From: Gemmatimonadales bacterium
GTDB taxonomy: Bacteria; Gemmatimonadota; Gemmatimonadetes; Gemmatimonadales; GWC2-71-9
DNA length: 64,000 bases
Assembly: GCA_035501775.1 (NCBI GenBank)
Contig: DATJVM010000046.1
Coordinates: 36,244-100,243 of the forward strand
Direction of reading: 5' to 3'
Shown: positions 1 through 10,480 of the stretch, one piece after another
Layout: every line of letters begins with the position of its first letter
Numbering within the stretch: the stretch's first letter is position 1
The notes under the pieces: model-generated
Database searches by the model: none
What the model was told of the DNA's origin: nothing
What the model saw: the letters and a program-made list of their open reading frames with translations, nothing else
Position numbers and translations under genes: made by a program

Positions 1-1741
<1,741 letters not shown>

Positions 1742-1837
1742 CCCAGCAGCGGCTGTTCATCAGGAACCGGCCGGAGGACCGGCGCCGGCATCGTGTCACC
1801 TCACGTTGTCTTTCCTCACTCTCTCTCGGAGAGCGTC

Positions 1838-3292
1838 ATGGACCTGTTCCGCCGCAAGAGTGTCACCGACCTCCAGACCGAGGCGCTGACCGACAACAGC
1901 CTGAAGCGAGCCCTGAGCGCGTGGAATCTGACCCTGCTCGGCATCGGTGCCATCATCGGCACCGGCATCTTCGTGCTGACCGGGACCGTCGCCGCCCAGA
2001 ACTCCGGGCCAGCGGTCGTGCTGTCGTTCGTGCTCGCGGGCGTGGCCTCGATCTTCGCCGCGCTCTGCTACGCCGAATTCGCCTCACTGGTGCCGATGGC
2101 GGGCAGCGCCTACACCTACGGGTACGCGACGCTCGGCGAGTTCGTGGCATGGGTGATCGGGTGGGACCTGATCCTGGAGTACGCGCTGGGGGCGGTGACG
2201 GTCGCGATCGGCTGGTCGGGGTACGTCGTCTCCTTCCTGAAGGACATCGGCATCAACGTCCCGGCCAGGTTGAGCGCGGCGCACGGAGTGCCGGTGACGC
2301 TCGCGGATGGGAGCACCGTCACCTCGGTCTTCAACCTGCCGGCGGTGGTGATCATCGCCATCGTCACCACGCTCCTGGTGGTGGGGATCCGGGAATCCGC
2401 GAACGTGAACAACGTGATCGTGTTCGTGAAGGTCGCCGTGGTGATCCTGTTCATCGTGGGCGCCGCGGGCGCGGTGCACGCGGCGAACTGGCATCCCTTC
2501 ATACCGCCGCAGACGATCGGCCCCGACGGCCAGCCGGTCCGGGGCGCGTTCGGCTGGGACGGGGTGGTGGCCGGCGCCGGTGTGGTGTTCTTCGCGTACA
2601 TCGGCTTCGATGCCGTGAGCACCGCCGCCCAGGAGGCGAAGAACCCCCAGCGCGACATGCCGGTCGGCATCATCGGCTCACTTCTCATCTGTACCGTCCT
2701 CTACATCCTCGTCTCCGGCATCGCCACCGGCGTGATGTCGTATACCGAACTCAACGTTCCCGACCCGATCGCCGTGGTCGCCGACCGGGCCGGGCTCGGG
2801 TGGCTGTCGACGCTCATCAAGCTGGGCGCCATTGCCGGCCTCTCGTCGGTCATTCTCGTGATGCTGCTCGGGCAGTCCCGGGTGTTCTACAGCATGGCCC
2901 GCGACGGACTGCTGCCGCAGTTCGTCAACAACGTGCACCCGAAGTTCAAGACGCCGTGGATCACCTCCATCGTGACCGGCTTGGCCGTGGCCGTCCCCTC
3001 CGGCTGGTTCACGGTGCGGGAAGCCGGGAGCCTGGTCTCGATCGGCACCCTGCTGGCATTCGTGATCGTGTCCGTCGGCATCCTGGTGCTCCGCGTCCGC
3101 GAGCCCAATCTGGAACGGCCATTCCGGGCCCCGCTGGTCTGGGCGACCGCGCCGCTCGGCGCGATCTCCGCCGTCTACCTCATGATCCATCTCGAGATGA
3201 GGACCTGGGAACGGCTGGTGATCTGGCTGGTGATCGGGCTCGTGGTCTACTTCACCTATGGAGTACGCAACTCGCGCCTGGCCAGACGCTAG
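1838..3292 (+). CDS. APC-superfamily amino acid permease (cationic amino acid transporter-like)
   Basis: ORF 1793..3292. ATG at 1838 (MDLFRRKSV...). About 12 hydrophobic segments and APC motifs (LLGIGAIIGTGIFVLTG, FFAYIGFDAVSTAAQEAKNPQRD). Confidence 0.85.
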   Translation: MDLFRRKSVTDLQTEALTDNSLKRALSAWNLTLLGIGAIIGTGIFVLTGTVAAQNSGPAVVLSFVLAGVASIFAALCYAEFASLVPMAGSAYTYGYATLGEFVAWVIGWDLILEYALGAVTVAIGWSGYVVSFLKDIGINVPARLSAAHGVPVTLADGSTVTSVFNLPAVVIIAIVTTLLVVGIRESANVNNVIVFVKVAVVILFIVGAAGAVHAANWHPFIPPQTIGPDGQPVRGAFGWDGVVAGAGVVFFAYIGFDAVSTAAQEAKNPQRDMPVGIIGSLLICTVLYILVSGIATGVMSYTELNVPDPIAVVADRAGLGWLSTLIKLGAIAGLSSVILVMLLGQSRVFYSMARDGLLPQFVNNVHPKFKTPWITSIVTGLAVAVPSGWFTVREAGSLVSIGTLLAFVIVSVGILVLRVREPNLERPFRAPLVWATAPLGAISAVYLMIHLEMRTWERLVIWLVIGLVVYFTYGVRNSRLARR

Positions 3293-3364
3293 CGCGCGGC
3301 CGCTGGTGCCGGCCCGGCGGGATCCGACTTGGCCCCGCCGGGCCGCGCCGTATCTTTACCGCCC

Positions 3365-4405
3365 ATGACTTCCCTGTCCACTGAGCGTGAGGCGGTCGCG
3401 CTGGCCTTCGCACGGGCGTTGCGACCCGGCCAGCGGATCTGCATCACTACGCACGTGAACCCTGACGGTGACGGCCTCGGAAGCGAGGCCGGCCTGGTGC
3501 ACCTCCTCCGGGCCAGGGGGCTCGACGCCGTCGTGACCAATCCGTCGCCCACCCCGGACCGGTACCACTTTCTCTTCAAGGAGCTCCCCGGCGTGGACCG
3601 GACGTCCGAGGCCGTGAAGGAGCTGCGGCGAGCGGACGCGATCGTGGTGTTGGACATCTCCGATGTCGGCCGCCTCGGGATGCTGAGCCAGACGGTTCTG
3701 GAGCGCGGGGTGCCCGTCGCCTGCATCGACCACCACGTGAGCCAGGGGCACCTCCCCGAGGGTCCGCGGTTCGTGGACCCCGAGGCGTCTGCCACCGGGG
3801 AACTCGTCTACGCGCTGGCCGTGGCCAACCGATGGCCGCTCACGCCACTCGCCGCGCGCGCCTTGTACGTGGCGATTCTCACTGATACCGGGGCCTTCCG
3901 GTTCAGCAACACCAAGCCCGCCGTGCTTCGCGCCGCCGCGGCGCTGCTGGAAACGGGCCTCGACCCAGAGCAGATCTATCTTGACGTGTACGCCAACGCG
4001 CCGGAGGGCCGGGCCCGCCTGCTGGCCGAAACGCTGCAGACGCTGGTGGTGGAGCCGGACCAGGGCCTTGCCTGGGTCACCGTTCCGCCGGGAGCGCTGG
4101 AACGGCTGGGCGCGACCCCGGACGACCTCGACGGCATCGTCGAGGTTCCGCGCAGCATTTCCGGGGTGCGGATGGCCCTCCTCTTCCGCGAGATCGCCGC
4201 GGGTCGGGTCAAGGTGAGTCTCCGTTCGGTGGGTGCCGTGGACGTGGCGGAGTTCTCGCGCCCCTTCGGGGGCGGGGGCCACACCAAGGCGTCCGGCCTG
4301 TCCCTCGAGGGCTCGCTCGCCCAGGTCCAGGCGCAGGTGCTGGCGGCGGCGCGTGAGTACCTTTCGGGGAGAGGTACCGCGAATGGAAACGGTGGTGTCC
4401 GATGA
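3365..4405 (+). CDS. DHH/DHHA1 phosphoesterase (NrnA-like oligoribonuclease/pAp phosphatase)
   Basis: ORF 3329..4405, ATG at 3365. Motifs HVNPDGDGLGS, CIDHHVS (DHH) and GGGGH (DHHA1). Confidence 0.8.
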   Translation: MTSLSTEREAVALAFARALRPGQRICITTHVNPDGDGLGSEAGLVHLLRARGLDAVVTNPSPTPDRYHFLFKELPGVDRTSEAVKELRRADAIVVLDISDVGRLGMLSQTVLERGVPVACIDHHVSQGHLPEGPRFVDPEASATGELVYALAVANRWPLTPLAARALYVAILTDTGAFRFSNTKPAVLRAAAALLETGLDPEQIYLDVYANAPEGRARLLAETLQTLVVEPDQGLAWVTVPPGALERLGATPDDLDGIVEVPRSISGVRMALLFREIAAGRVKVSLRSVGAVDVAEFSRPFGGGGHTKASGLSLEGSLAQVQAQVLAAAREYLSGRGTANGNGGVR

Positions 4406-4653
4406 ATGAACCGATGGCTGGACCCGATATCCTCGACCGGATCGAGCGCACGCTCGACACGCTCCGACCGTATATCGCGTCGCACCGCGGGAGCGTGGAA
4501 GTCGTGGATTTCGACGAGGCGGATGGCGCGCTGCTGCTGAGACTCGGCGGCACCTGCCACGGTTGCTCCGCCTCGACCATTACCCTGAAGCAAGGAATCG
4601 AAACCCGCCTGCGACAGCTCGTTCCCGAGGTGAAGCGGGTGGATGCCATCTGA
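4402..4653 (+). CDS. NifU C-terminal domain (Nfu-type) Fe-S cluster assembly protein
   Basis: 83 aa with the GGTCHGCSAS CxxC motif. Its start overlaps the upstream stop by 4 nt. Confidence 0.8.
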   Translation: MNEPMAGPDILDRIERTLDTLRPYIASHRGSVEVVDFDEADGALLLRLGGTCHGCSASTITLKQGIETRLRQLVPEVKRVDAI

Positions 4654-4705
4654 CCCGACCGGCCGGGGCTTTCGCGCCACCGGGCCGTAGTACTTGAGGA
4701 TCGAG

Positions 4706-5839
4706 ATGTCCGAACCGCTTGCCGCGCAGGTCGCCGCCGTCCTGGGGCGCATTCAGAACCCGCGCCTCGAAAACGACCTGCTCTCCTCCGGCATGATCCG
4801 GGACCTGAACGTGAGCGAGGATGGCAAGGTCAGCTTCACCTTCCTCCTGGCGCGGGAAGATCCCGCGACCCTGGTGCGCGAGGCGCGGGCCGCCGTCCGC
4901 GCCGTTCCAGGCGTCAATCCCGCGGAGCTCAGAATCAGCGTGGTGGACCCGGGCGGGGCCGCGAAAGCCACCCACCCACCTCCAGGCCAGCCGGCTCCCG
5001 GCCAGACCCACGGCCAAGCCGGATTGGTTCCGCCCCCACCCTCGCCCAGCGACTACCCCAACCTCGGTCGCATCATCGCGATCTCGTCCGGCAAGGGCGG
5101 AGTGGGCAAGTCCACCGTGTCGGTGAACCTCGCGGTGGCCCTCGCATCCAGGGGCCATCGGGTGGGCCTCATGGACGGCGACATCTACGGGCCCAACGTG
5201 CCGAGGATGTTCGGGGTCTTCGAGAAGCCTCCGGTGGTACAGGGGAAGATCCAGCCCCTCGTGGCCTGGGGTGTGAAGCTGATGTCGCTGGGGTTCCTGG
5301 TGGATCGTGATGCTCCGGCCATCTGGCGCGGCCCGATCATCATGAAGATCGTGCAGCAGTTCCTGCGCGATGTGGACTGGGGCGACCTCGATTTCTTCAT
5401 CGTGGATCTCCCGCCCGGCACCGGGGACGCCCAACTGTCGCTGGTGCAGTCGTGCCAGGTGGCCACGGCCGTGATCGTGACCACGCCACAGGAGGTGGCC
5501 GTCGGCGACGCGCTGCGCGGCGCGCGGATGTTCGAGAAGGTGAACGTCCCGGTCTCGGGTGTCGTCGAGAACATGAGCGCCTGGACCGACCCCGCCACCG
5601 GGCACCGCCTCGAGATGTTCGGGAGCGGTGGCGGCCAGCGGCTCGCGGAGGAGCTCAAGATCCCGCTCCTGGGATCGATCCCTCTTCAGCCCGGCATGGC
5701 GGAACTCGCCGACCGCGGGAAACCCATCGTGGCCGCTGAACCCGAGAGCCCGGCCGCCAAGGCCCTCACGGCTATCGCGGACCAGCTGACCAGGGCAGGC
5801 GTGGTACGATCGGTGTCCCTCCCGGTGCTGCGCGGGTAG
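4706..5839 (+). CDS. apbC: Mrp/NBP35 (ApbC) Fe-S cluster carrier ATPase
   Basis: ORF 4694..5839. ATG at 4706 is preceded by GAGGA. Has an N-terminal DUF59-like region and the deviant Walker A SGKGGVGKST. Confidence 0.9.
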   Translation: MSEPLAAQVAAVLGRIQNPRLENDLLSSGMIRDLNVSEDGKVSFTFLLAREDPATLVREARAAVRAVPGVNPAELRISVVDPGGAAKATHPPPGQPAPGQTHGQAGLVPPPPSPSDYPNLGRIIAISSGKGGVGKSTVSVNLAVALASRGHRVGLMDGDIYGPNVPRMFGVFEKPPVVQGKIQPLVAWGVKLMSLGFLVDRDAPAIWRGPIIMKIVQQFLRDVDWGDLDFFIVDLPPGTGDAQLSLVQSCQVATAVIVTTPQEVAVGDALRGARMFEKVNVPVSGVVENMSAWTDPATGHRLEMFGSGGGQRLAEELKIPLLGSIPLQPGMAELADRGKPIVAAEPESPAAKALTAIADQLTRAGVVRSVSLPVLRG

Positions 5840-5873
5840 GCGGCCCGCCGAGTCCGCGGGCCCGACCGAGCCC

Positions 5874-6632
5874 ATGCCGATCATCACGCTCCTCACCGAT
5901 TTCGGAACCACCGACTCCTACGTGGGCGAACTCAAGGGCGTGCTGTGCTCCCGCGCCCCCGCCGCGACCCTGATTGACGTCACTCACACCATCGCTCCGG
6001 GGGATGTCGCCGCGGCAGCCTACGTGCTCGCCCGGACGTGGGTCCGCTTTCCGCCGGGGACCGTCCACCTCGCCGTGGTCGACCCCGGCGTCGGCACGGC
6101 GCGCGAGGCCCTGGCCCTCCGCGCGCGCGACCACTACTTCGTGGGCCCCGACAACGGGATCTTCTCGGGCGTCATTCGCGGGGCCGAGGTCGAGGCCGTC
6201 TCCCTGCCCACGCCGGCCGGAGCCGCGCCGACCTTCCACGGGCGAGACGTCTTCGCGCCCGCCGCCGCGCGACTGGCGGTGGGCGCGGGGCTGGAGAGCC
6301 TCGGCCAGCGCTTCACCGGCATTCCTCGCCGCGTGTCCGGGTCGGTGCCGCACTATGAAGGGAAGGTGCTGGTGGGCGAGGTGATCTACATCGATCGCTT
6401 CGGAAACCTGGTCACCAACTTCGCCGCCGAACTGGTTCCACCCCATGCCATGCTCGAGGTGGAGGCAACCACCATCGGTCCGGTCCGGAGCACCTTCGGC
6501 GATGTCCCGTCCGGAGGCCTGCTCGCCTACATGGGCTCCGGTGGGATGATCGAGATCGCGGTCCGGAACGGCTCGGCCGCCCGCCGACTGGGATTGGGAG
6601 TAGGAGGAAAGATCCGGGCGCGGCTCGGGTGA
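5874..6632 (+). CDS. SAM hydroxide adenosyltransferase / SAM-dependent halogenase-like (DUF62) family protein
   Basis: The N-terminus ITLLTDFGTTDSYVGELKGV and motifs VVDPGVG and GPDNG are typical of the DUF62 family. Confidence 0.75.
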   Translation: MPIITLLTDFGTTDSYVGELKGVLCSRAPAATLIDVTHTIAPGDVAAAAYVLARTWVRFPPGTVHLAVVDPGVGTAREALALRARDHYFVGPDNGIFSGVIRGAEVEAVSLPTPAGAAPTFHGRDVFAPAAARLAVGAGLESLGQRFTGIPRRVSGSVPHYEGKVLVGEVIYIDRFGNLVTNFAAELVPPHAMLEVEATTIGPVRSTFGDVPSGGLLAYMGSGGMIEIAVRNGSAARRLGLGVGGKIRARLG

Positions 6633-6645
6633 CCGACGCCGCTGA

Positions 6646-8223
6646 CTATTGGCGGGACCGCTCGCTGGGCGGGCGCTGAACGGCGGTGACCCCGAACTGG
6701 GGGGTGGCCCAGAGGTACTCGTCGGTGAGCGCCTCGGCCGGCAGGAGCCGCCCGGCAAAATGCTCGCGGAAGCCAGCCCGCGACAGGAGCGAGGCCCCGA
6801 ATCCCACGGTCGCGAGCAGCCAGGTGACCAGAACGGCCGTCGCGAGGACCAGCGTGCCCGCGACTGGCACCCATCCGAAGAGCACCCAGCAGAGCCAGAG
6901 AGCGGCCACCCCCGCCAGGCCCACCAGCACGTACCGGTAGCTGTTGGCCGACCCTAATGCCACGCCGCGTGCCAGTTGCCGCCGTGTCAGGCTCTCACCC
7001 ATGGCATGGGCCACGGCCAGGAACCCGCCGAGGACCGCGACGATCAAGAGCAGCGCGAAGACGATGACGGCGAACGGGACGAGAAGGATGCCGGCCACGC
7101 TGAGCACCAGGCCCACGATCAACATGCCGAAGGTGGGGAGGATCAACACCTCTCCCAGGAGCCCGACCAGGAGAGAGCGGCTGAAGGAGTGAAGCGCAGT
7201 ATCGCTGATGACCTCCAGCGGAGGCCGCGCGAAGAGCACGAGCCCGAACCCGACCAGGACCAGCGTGAAGAACACTCCCGCCACTCCGGCCGCGTTCCGC
7301 GAGGCGACCAGCCAGGCCGGCGGTGATTCCGGCGGCGCGGGGAGGCGGTCGGCGCTCGGCCGCGCCGAGTCGACGGTGCGGATCTGCCCCCGAATCTCGC
7401 CACCCAGGTCCCGCACCTGCCCCCGGACCGCGAGCACGTCGCCCGTGACCACCCCGCCGGGGTGGACCAGGATGTTGCCCTCCACGGTGGCCAGATTCCC
7501 GTCGAGTGTGCCGTAGATATCCGCGTCACCGCGCACCACGAGGAGCGGACCCGGGAACTCTTCGTCGGTACCGATGCTGAAATGCCCCTCGCGCGCCTGG
7601 CCACCCGGGACGGTGATCCGGAGCGCATCGCCCCGGAGCTCGGCGGCCGCGTGCAGCATGGGACTCAGGCGGACCGGATCGGACAGATCCGAGAGATCGA
7701 TCGTGAGTCCGCCGGGCGGGCTCGGCGCAATCCGCTGAGACTGGATGCCCGCGTCGGGTGGCGCGCTCAGCGGGGAGGCGCGCTGCCGGAACAATTCGGC
7801 GTAGGCGGCTTCCTCGTGGGACAGCCCCTGTGGATGCCACTCGCGAACCAGGTCCAGGGCCGCCGGAGTGCCCTTACGTGAGGCCTCTACCACGAGGGCG
7901 CGCCAGGCAGCCTCGAAGGCCCCCCCCGCCGGCGCGTGACCCACCAGGCGGCCGTCCACGCGTATGTCGCCGCCGTCCAGCGACAGGACCAGCGACCCGC
8001 CGTCCGCATAGTCGAACGTGAGCGACTCCATGCCCGTGGCGATCGTCACGCTGTGATCCCGCACCACGTGGCTCGGTGTCTCGGACAGGAACTGGCTCAC
8101 CAGCTCGAGGCGGGATCTCCACCCCGTGCTCGAGCCCACTACCGGTTCTTCGGCACGAAGCGCCACAGTGGCCGCGCCCAGCGCGGTCACGGCCAGCAGG
8201 ACCGCAGGCTTACGAAAGAGCAC
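6646..8223 (-). CDS. Membrane protein with bactofilin-like (polymer-forming) repeat region and C-terminal multi-TM domain
   Basis: ORF 6646..8316. The likely start is GTG at 8223 (VLFRKPAVLLAVTALGAATVALRA signal/TM). A central G-x-I/V-x-G repeat stretch (DADIYGTLDGNLATVEGNILVHPGGVVTGDVLAVRGQVRDLGGEIRGQIR) is followed by 4-5 C-terminal TM helices. It lies last in the ECF sigma operon. Confidence 0.5.
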   Translation of the reverse strand: MLFRKPAVLLAVTALGAATVALRAEEPVVGSSTGWRSRLELVSQFLSETPSHVVRDHSVTIATGMESLTFDYADGGSLVLSLDGGDIRVDGRLVGHAPAGGAFEAAWRALVVEASRKGTPAALDLVREWHPQGLSHEEAAYAELFRQRASPLSAPPDAGIQSQRIAPSPPGGLTIDLSDLSDPVRLSPMLHAAAELRGDALRITVPGGQAREGHFSIGTDEEFPGPLLVVRGDADIYGTLDGNLATVEGNILVHPGGVVTGDVLAVRGQVRDLGGEIRGQIRTVDSARPSADRLPAPPESPPAWLVASRNAAGVAGVFFTLVLVGFGLVLFARPPLEVISDTALHSFSRSLLVGLLGEVLILPTFGMLIVGLVLSVAGILLVPFAVIVFALLLIVAVLGGFLAVAHAMGESLTRRQLARGVALGSANSYRYVLVGLAGVAALWLCWVLFGWVPVAGTLVLATAVLVTWLLATVGFGASLLSRAGFREHFAGRLLPAEALTDEYLWATPQFGVTAVQRPPSERSRQ

Positions 8224-9058
8224 GGGCCGTATCGGCGGGGGGCGGGGCGAGCAGCCGGCGGAGCAGCATGATGCCACCGGCGTAGAGGACGAGCAGGGTA
8301 CCGGAGAGGGCAGCAATGCGACCAGGGGTCAGAGCGCTGCGCATGCTGTCATACCATGGCTGACGCTGGAGCAGGGCGGTGACCAGGCCTGCGCCCTGCC
8401 ACCACCATTGCTGGGCCTGGCCGACGAGCCAGTTGCCGGCCCCCGTAATGACCTCCTGGTGTCCGGCGGTCCAGGCGGCGCTCGCGGCGATCGATCCGCC
8501 GAGCATCATGGCCACGGCGGCGGTGATCCCCACGGTCCTGGGCTCGCGGCCGGCGCGAACCCGCCAATGGCGCCACGCCGTCGCGAGCGACGTCACGGGC
8601 AGGTCCACCTGTCGCATCACCCGGTCGGCGAGTCCCGGACGCGGGTCGAACAGCGGCAGCGCCTGCAGGCGCATCACGAGGACCCGCTCCTGATCCGCCA
8701 GTGCCTGGCACTCGGGACAGCGTCGGAGGTGCGATTCCCGCTCGGGCGGAAGCACGCCGAGCACCCAGGCGTCGAGATCGTCGCCGGTCAGGTGAGGCAC
8801 GGGCGCCGGGGCGGGGACGGCGGAGGGGGAAGGCTCCGGGGAGGCAAGTCGCACGCGGGCCATCACGAGATCGGCGAACCGTGGCGACGGGGCCGCCTTG
8901 GGCAGCCGCTCGAGATGTGACACGACCTCGCGGATTTCTTCGGCGGCGGTGCGGCAGAGATCACATGTTTCGAGATGAGACAAGCGGGATTCGGGGAGAC
9001 GACCCTCGAGCCAGAGATCCAGTTCTTCCGGAACCAGGTGGAGAGCGTCGTCGATCAT
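8210..9058 (-). CDS. Zinc-finger (zf-HC2) anti-sigma factor
   Basis: Has the N-terminal H-x3-C-x2-C motif (HLETCDLC) plus a second HLRRCPEC, with a TM segment downstream. It sits immediately downstream of the ECF sigma gene. Confidence 0.6.
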   Translation of the reverse strand: MIDDALHLVPEELDLWLEGRLPESRLSHLETCDLCRTAAEEIREVVSHLERLPKAAPSPRFADLVMARVRLASPEPSPSAVPAPAPVPHLTGDDLDAWVLGVLPPERESHLRRCPECQALADQERVLVMRLQALPLFDPRPGLADRVMRQVDLPVTSLATAWRHWRVRAGREPRTVGITAAVAMMLGGSIAASAAWTAGHQEVITGAGNWLVGQAQQWWWQGAGLVTALLQRQPWYDSMRSALTPGRIAALSGTLLVLYAGGIMLLRRLLAPPPADTARALS

Positions 9059-9092
9059 ATGGCGCCTTTACGGGGCTCGAGAAGGTGCGGTT

Positions 9093-9695
9093 TCAGTCGC
9101 GCAGATGCGCGAGCAGGTCCCGCAACTCGTGGCGAGCCCGGTGGATGTAGGTCTTCACGGTCCCCAATGGCAGGTCGAGAAGCTGGGCGATCTCCTCGTA
9201 GGCCAGTCCCTCGACGTGACGTAGCATGATGCAGGAGCGGTATTCCGGACGGAGCTGGCCGATGGCCCGCTCGATGGCGCTGCCGAGCTCTCTGGCCTCG
9301 AGTTCGTCGAGAGGAGTTTCGGCCTTGTCGCCCACCTGCAGTGCCGTCGCCTCGATGTCTTCCGCGCTGGTGGCGTGCGGCGCTCCGTCGATCGACAGGG
9401 TGACCAGCTCGCGGCGGCGCAGGTGATCGATGGCCGCATTGTTCGCGATCTTGAAGATCCAGCTCGAGAACTTGAACTCCGGCCGGTAGGTCCCGATGGC
9501 GTTGAGTGCTTTGATGAAGGTTTCCTGAGCGAGATCCTCGGCCAGCTGCCGGTCGCGGACCATGCGGAGGATCAGGGAGAAGACCGGTCGTTCGTAGCGT
9601 CGGATGAGCTCGCGATACGCGGCCTCCCGGCCTTCCCGAGCGAGGGCCACGACGTCCTGGTCCGATGCCGAAACCAGGCCGGGCTCACGAGCCAC
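9093..9695 (-). CDS. ECF-type RNA polymerase sigma-70 factor
   Basis: Region 2 (DLAQETFIKAL) and the region 4 HTH (LRHVEGLAYEEIAQLLDLPLGTVKTYIHRAR). Confidence 0.9.
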   Translation of the reverse strand: MAREPGLVSASDQDVVALAREGREAAYRELIRRYERPVFSLILRMVRDRQLAEDLAQETFIKALNAIGTYRPEFKFSSWIFKIANNAAIDHLRRRELVTLSIDGAPHATSAEDIEATALQVGDKAETPLDELEARELGSAIERAIGQLRPEYRSCIMLRHVEGLAYEEIAQLLDLPLGTVKTYIHRARHELRDLLAHLRD

Positions 9696-9748
9696 GGGAG
9701 GGCCGGCGGCTTGCGACGCCGCCGCTCCGAGAACTACATTGCGCGCCT

Positions 9749-10480
9749 ATGTTAGCCACGGATAGGAAGTTACCGCTCCCAGCCGCTCTGGAGAAGCGGT
9801 CCTATGTCCGGGCGATGTTCACCGCCATCGCCCCGCGCTACGACCTCCTCAACCATCTCCTCAGCCTGAACGCGGACCGGCGCTGGCGCCGCCAGGCCGT
9901 GGCGGCTCTGGACTGGGAGCGAACGCCGGGCGGCCGCTACCTCGATCTCTGCGCGGGCACGCTCGACCTGGCGGCCACTCTCGCCAACGCGCCTGGCTTT
10001 TCGGGGCAAGTAATCGCGGCGGATTTCGTCCTGCCGATGCTCGCTCTGGGCCGGGGGAAGGGCGAGCGGGTGGCGCCGGTCAACGCCGATGCCCTGGAGC
10101 TTCCGTTTGTGGACGCGGCCTTCGATGGCGTAATGGTGGGGTTCGGTGTGCGCAACCTGGCCGACCTGGATCAGGGCCTCGCGGAAGCGCGGCGGGTTCT
10201 TTCGAACGGTGGGCGTCTGGTGATCCTCGAGCTGGCCATCCCCGGCTGGCAGCCTCTCAGGGGCCTCTACTTTCTCTACTTCCGGCACCTGCTCCCCTTC
10301 ATCGGGAAGCGGATTTCGCGCCACCGCGATGCATACGACTATCTGCCCGCGTCGGTGTTGGCCTTCCCGGAGCCGGCCGCCCTCGCGCGGCGCATGGCCA
10401 GGGCGGGGTTCACCGCGGTCTCCTACCGGCTGCTGCTCGGTGGGATCTGCGCCATCCACGTCGGCACTCGCGCGCCATGA
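9749..10480 (+). CDS. ubiE: Demethylmenaquinone/ubiquinone C-methyltransferase (UbiE/MenG)
   Basis: ORF 9665..10480, ATG at 9749. Motifs FTAIAPRYDLLNHLLSLNADRRWR and the SAM motif LDLCAGT. Confidence 0.9.
   Translation: MLATDRKLPLPAALEKRSYVRAMFTAIAPRYDLLNHLLSLNADRRWRRQAVAALDWERTPGGRYLDLCAGTLDLAATLANAPGFSGQVIAADFVLPMLALGRGKGERVAPVNADALELPFVDAAFDGVMVGFGVRNLADLDQGLAEARRVLSNGGRLVILELAIPGWQPLRGLYFLYFRHLLPFIGKRISRHRDAYDYLPASVLAFPEPAALARRMARAGFTAVSYRLLLGGICAIHVGTRAP

Noticed and set aside
1921-3384. 487-aa ORF in an alternative plus frame over the APC permease gene.
   Set aside because: It is an Arg/Gly/Asp-rich out-of-frame translation of a clear 12-TM permease gene, and so a GC artefact.
8349-8711. 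Several 100-260 aa ORFs overlapping the anti-sigma gene in other frames (8126..8920 plus strand, 8349..8711 minus strand, 8379..8693 plus strand).
   Set aside because: They are Arg/Gly/Pro-rich with no motifs. The zf-HC2 frame fits the operon logic with the adjacent ECF sigma gene.
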